A DNA stretch of 62,816 nucleotides, taken from Desulfamplus sp. (GTDB lineage Bacteria; Desulfobacterota; Desulfobacteria; Desulfobacterales; Desulfobacteraceae). The stretch spans positions 1-62,816 of the forward strand of contig JADFYT010000001.1 of NCBI GenBank assembly GCA_015232935.1, in the 5' to 3' direction. Position numbers and translations under genes: made by a program. Position 1 is the stretch's first letter, and every line of letters begins with the position of its first letter. This document shows positions 60,693 through 62,816 of the stretch, one piece after another. Below the pieces are notes generated by a model. It ran no database searches. It was not told the origin of the DNA and worked only from the letters and a program-made list of their open reading frames with translations.

Positions 60693-61610
60693 TTATTTAT
60701 CCTGCATCTGTTCAACAAGTTTTTTCAGAACCTCGTCTGCCTTTTCAATGGGAATCTGACAGGTGCCAACCTTTTTATGTCCTCCTCCCTCATATTTAAG
60801 CATAAGTGAGCCTATGTCTGTGGTACAGGTTTTATTTATAATGCTGTATCCGCAGGTCATAACAATATTTTGACGCTGAAATCCCCATACTACCTGTATA
60901 GAGACATTCTGGTCAGGATAGAGGCTGTAAAGGACAAACCTGTTACCTGTGTATATCTCCTCCTGATTTCTCAAATCCAGCACAATCACATTGCCATGAA
61001 TGGTAGTATTATTAAGAACCATATTCTTAAATAGCTCATCCTGTTCAAAATAACGGCGGGTTCTCTCTTTAACATCTTCAATCTCAAGGATCTCTTCAAC
61101 GCTTTTATGACGGCAGTATTCGATCATGTCCATCATAAGCTGGTAATTACTGATTCTATAGTCTCTGTACCGGCCAAGTCCGGTCCTTGGATCCATGACA
61201 AACGAGAGCAGATCCCAGCCTTTGGGGTTTAGTATCTGCTCCTCTGTGAAGTTACCTGAATCTGCCTTGTCAACCGCCAGCACAAGATCATTGAGATGGG
61301 CATTATCAAATTCCTTTTCTCCCCCGTAGTATTCATAAATAACGCGGGCTGCACTTAAAGCCAGGGGATCGCTTACACCATTATAGTTTCCATACGCTTG
61401 CCTTTCAGTCTCGCTTGAATGGTGGTCAAACCAAATACCACAACCCTTTACATATGGAATATTGGCAAGAATGTCGTTCTCGGTAACCTCAATCTTGCCA
61501 TCCTGAATATCCTTGGGGTGAACAAACTTGATATCATCAATCATATCCTTTTCTTTAAGAAGTGCCGCACATCCCAGGCCATCAAAATCCGAACGTGTTA
61601 AAAGTCTCAT
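60693..61610 (-). CDS. DHH-family exopolyphosphatase-like protein
   Basis: RSDFDGL, FDHH, DPRTGLGR, GGGH. Confidence 0.85.
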   Translation of the reverse strand: MRLLTRSDFDGLGCAALLKEKDMIDDIKFVHPKDIQDGKIEVTENDILANIPYVKGCGIWFDHHSSETERQAYGNYNGVSDPLALSAARVIYEYYGGEKEFDNAHLNDLVLAVDKADSGNFTEEQILNPKGWDLLSFVMDPRTGLGRYRDYRISNYQLMMDMIEYCRHKSVEEILEIEDVKERTRRYFEQDELFKNMVLNNTTIHGNVIVLDLRNQEEIYTGNRFVLYSLYPDQNVSIQVVWGFQRQNIVMTCGYSIINKTCTTDIGSLMLKYEGGGHKKVGTCQIPIEKADEVLKKLVEQMQDK

Positions 61611-61729
61611 AATAATGCTCCTTAATTGTATAAGTGTATGTGTGTCTGAATTGCAATTTTAAATGACTCAGGTCGCCAAATGAATTAAACTACAAAAAAA
61701 ATACTTTTTTTGCAACAGTATGGATAAAC

Positions 61730-61772
61730 AAAAACAGGCCGTGTATCCTTTTTAGATACACGGCCTGTTTTT
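61730..61772. terminator. Intrinsic terminator downstream of etfA
   Basis: AAAAACAGGCCGTGTATC-loop-GATACACGGCCTGTTTTT. Confidence 0.85.
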
Positions 61773-61845
61773 GTTTGGTTATTTATCAATCAGGGGTTTG
61801 AGAAACTGTTTTTTCAAAAAACATATCCTGAACTGTAAATGCGGG

Positions 61846-62811
61846 CTACATCTCTTTTATTGCCTCTGTAAGTTCTGGCATGAACTCCAGAATATCAGCA
61901 ACAATACCCACATCTGCAACCTGGAAAATAGGGGCTTTGGGGTTTTTATTTACTGCAACAATATAAGGATTTCCTTTTACTCCGCCCATATGCTGGAAAG
62001 ATCCGCTGATACCCATAGCCATATATACTTTGGGTTTTACAGTCTTGCCTGATGTTCCAACCTGACGTGATTTTTCAAGCCATTTTGCATCAACAATTGG
62101 TCTTGAACATGAGACAACAGCACCCATTGCCTCTGCAAGCTCCTGAGCTATCTCGATATTTTCCTGCTCCTGAATTCCTCGGCCAACAGATACCAGAACA
62201 TCAGATTTTGTGATATCCACATCACCAACTTCGGCCTGAACCACTTCAAGGAATCGTCTTTTGGCTGTAAGGTCTCCAGCCTCACCAGATTTGTCTGTCA
62301 CCTTTCCGCCGGCAGCGGCATCAACCGGTGCAAAAGCACCCGGGCGAATGGTAATAACAGCACCATTGGAGATATCACAGGTTACATGGGTGCTTACAGC
62401 ACCACCAAGCTCCTGGCGTACAAGTTTGAGCTTTCCATCCTCAACACCTTCAAAATCAACAGCATCCGCAGCAAACGCGGAATCCATCTTGATTGAGAGA
62501 CCCGGGCACATATCCATACCAAATGTATTATGCGGAGCCAGAACAACAGCAGATTTATCAAGCACATTGCACAAAGCCTTGCGGACAACCTCTGCATTCG
62601 GGTATGCAAGAGCCTCGTTGTTTATCTTGATTACTTCAGTATATTTTGAAGCAAGTGATTCGGCAACCTTGTCAAGATCAGCACCAGCACCAGTTACAAC
62701 AGCTGTCACGGTTGCAGCGGGATCAATTTTTTTTGCGGCCGAGATATACTCAGATGCAATATCATCTGCAATTCCAGCACTATGCGTAACATATACAAAT
62801 ATCTGAGTCAT
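61846..62811 (-). CDS. etfA: Electron transfer flavoprotein alpha subunit
   Basis: SVGRGI, SRP, QVGTSGK, GISGSFQH, APIF. Confidence 0.95.
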   Translation of the reverse strand: MTQIFVYVTHSAGIADDIASEYISAAKKIDPAATVTAVVTGAGADLDKVAESLASKYTEVIKINNEALAYPNAEVVRKALCNVLDKSAVVLAPHNTFGMDMCPGLSIKMDSAFAADAVDFEGVEDGKLKLVRQELGGAVSTHVTCDISNGAVITIRPGAFAPVDAAAGGKVTDKSGEAGDLTAKRRFLEVVQAEVGDVDITKSDVLVSVGRGIQEQENIEIAQELAEAMGAVVSCSRPIVDAKWLEKSRQVGTSGKTVKPKVYMAMGISGSFQHMGGVKGNPYIVAVNKNPKAPIFQVADVGIVADILEFMPELTEAIKEM

Positions 62812-62816
62812 TATGC

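Noticed and set aside
1-62816. rRNA, tRNA, selenoprotein readthrough or prophage
   Set aside because: None recognised by eye; covariance-model searches were not run, so small RNAs could be missed.

Overview
AT-rich chromosomal window, most consistent with a Desulfobacterales-type sulfate reducer (inferred from gene content: DVU0772/DVU0298-like proteins, cydAB-rubredoxin, Sat-CysC, multiheme cytochrome). It opens with nested IS fragments (IS4/IS701-like, IS110, IS1182-like). These are followed by an octaheme HAO-family cytochrome, nifU-nifS-activase-hypD, and a B12-domain/globin-like/kinase/diguanylate cyclase/hemerythrin signalling cluster. Later parts carry three MCPs, a GGDEF-EAL protein, cydAB, proC, an adenylate cyclase, sat/cysC, rsmE, a trypsin-like protease and etfA. 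No rRNA, tRNA or CRISPR array was seen. The most striking non-coding signal is about nine dispersed 65-78 bp elements that resemble the end of the IS110 remnant, most of them bounded by TAA. One copy sits inside an 89-bp REP-like element whose empty form is also in the window. The IS110 non-coding end looks like a bridge RNA with short segments matching those ends, suggesting miniature non-autonomous passengers of a bridge recombinase. Many proteins also carry in-frame low-complexity or tandem loop expansions. All family assignments were made by eye from motifs, without database searches.
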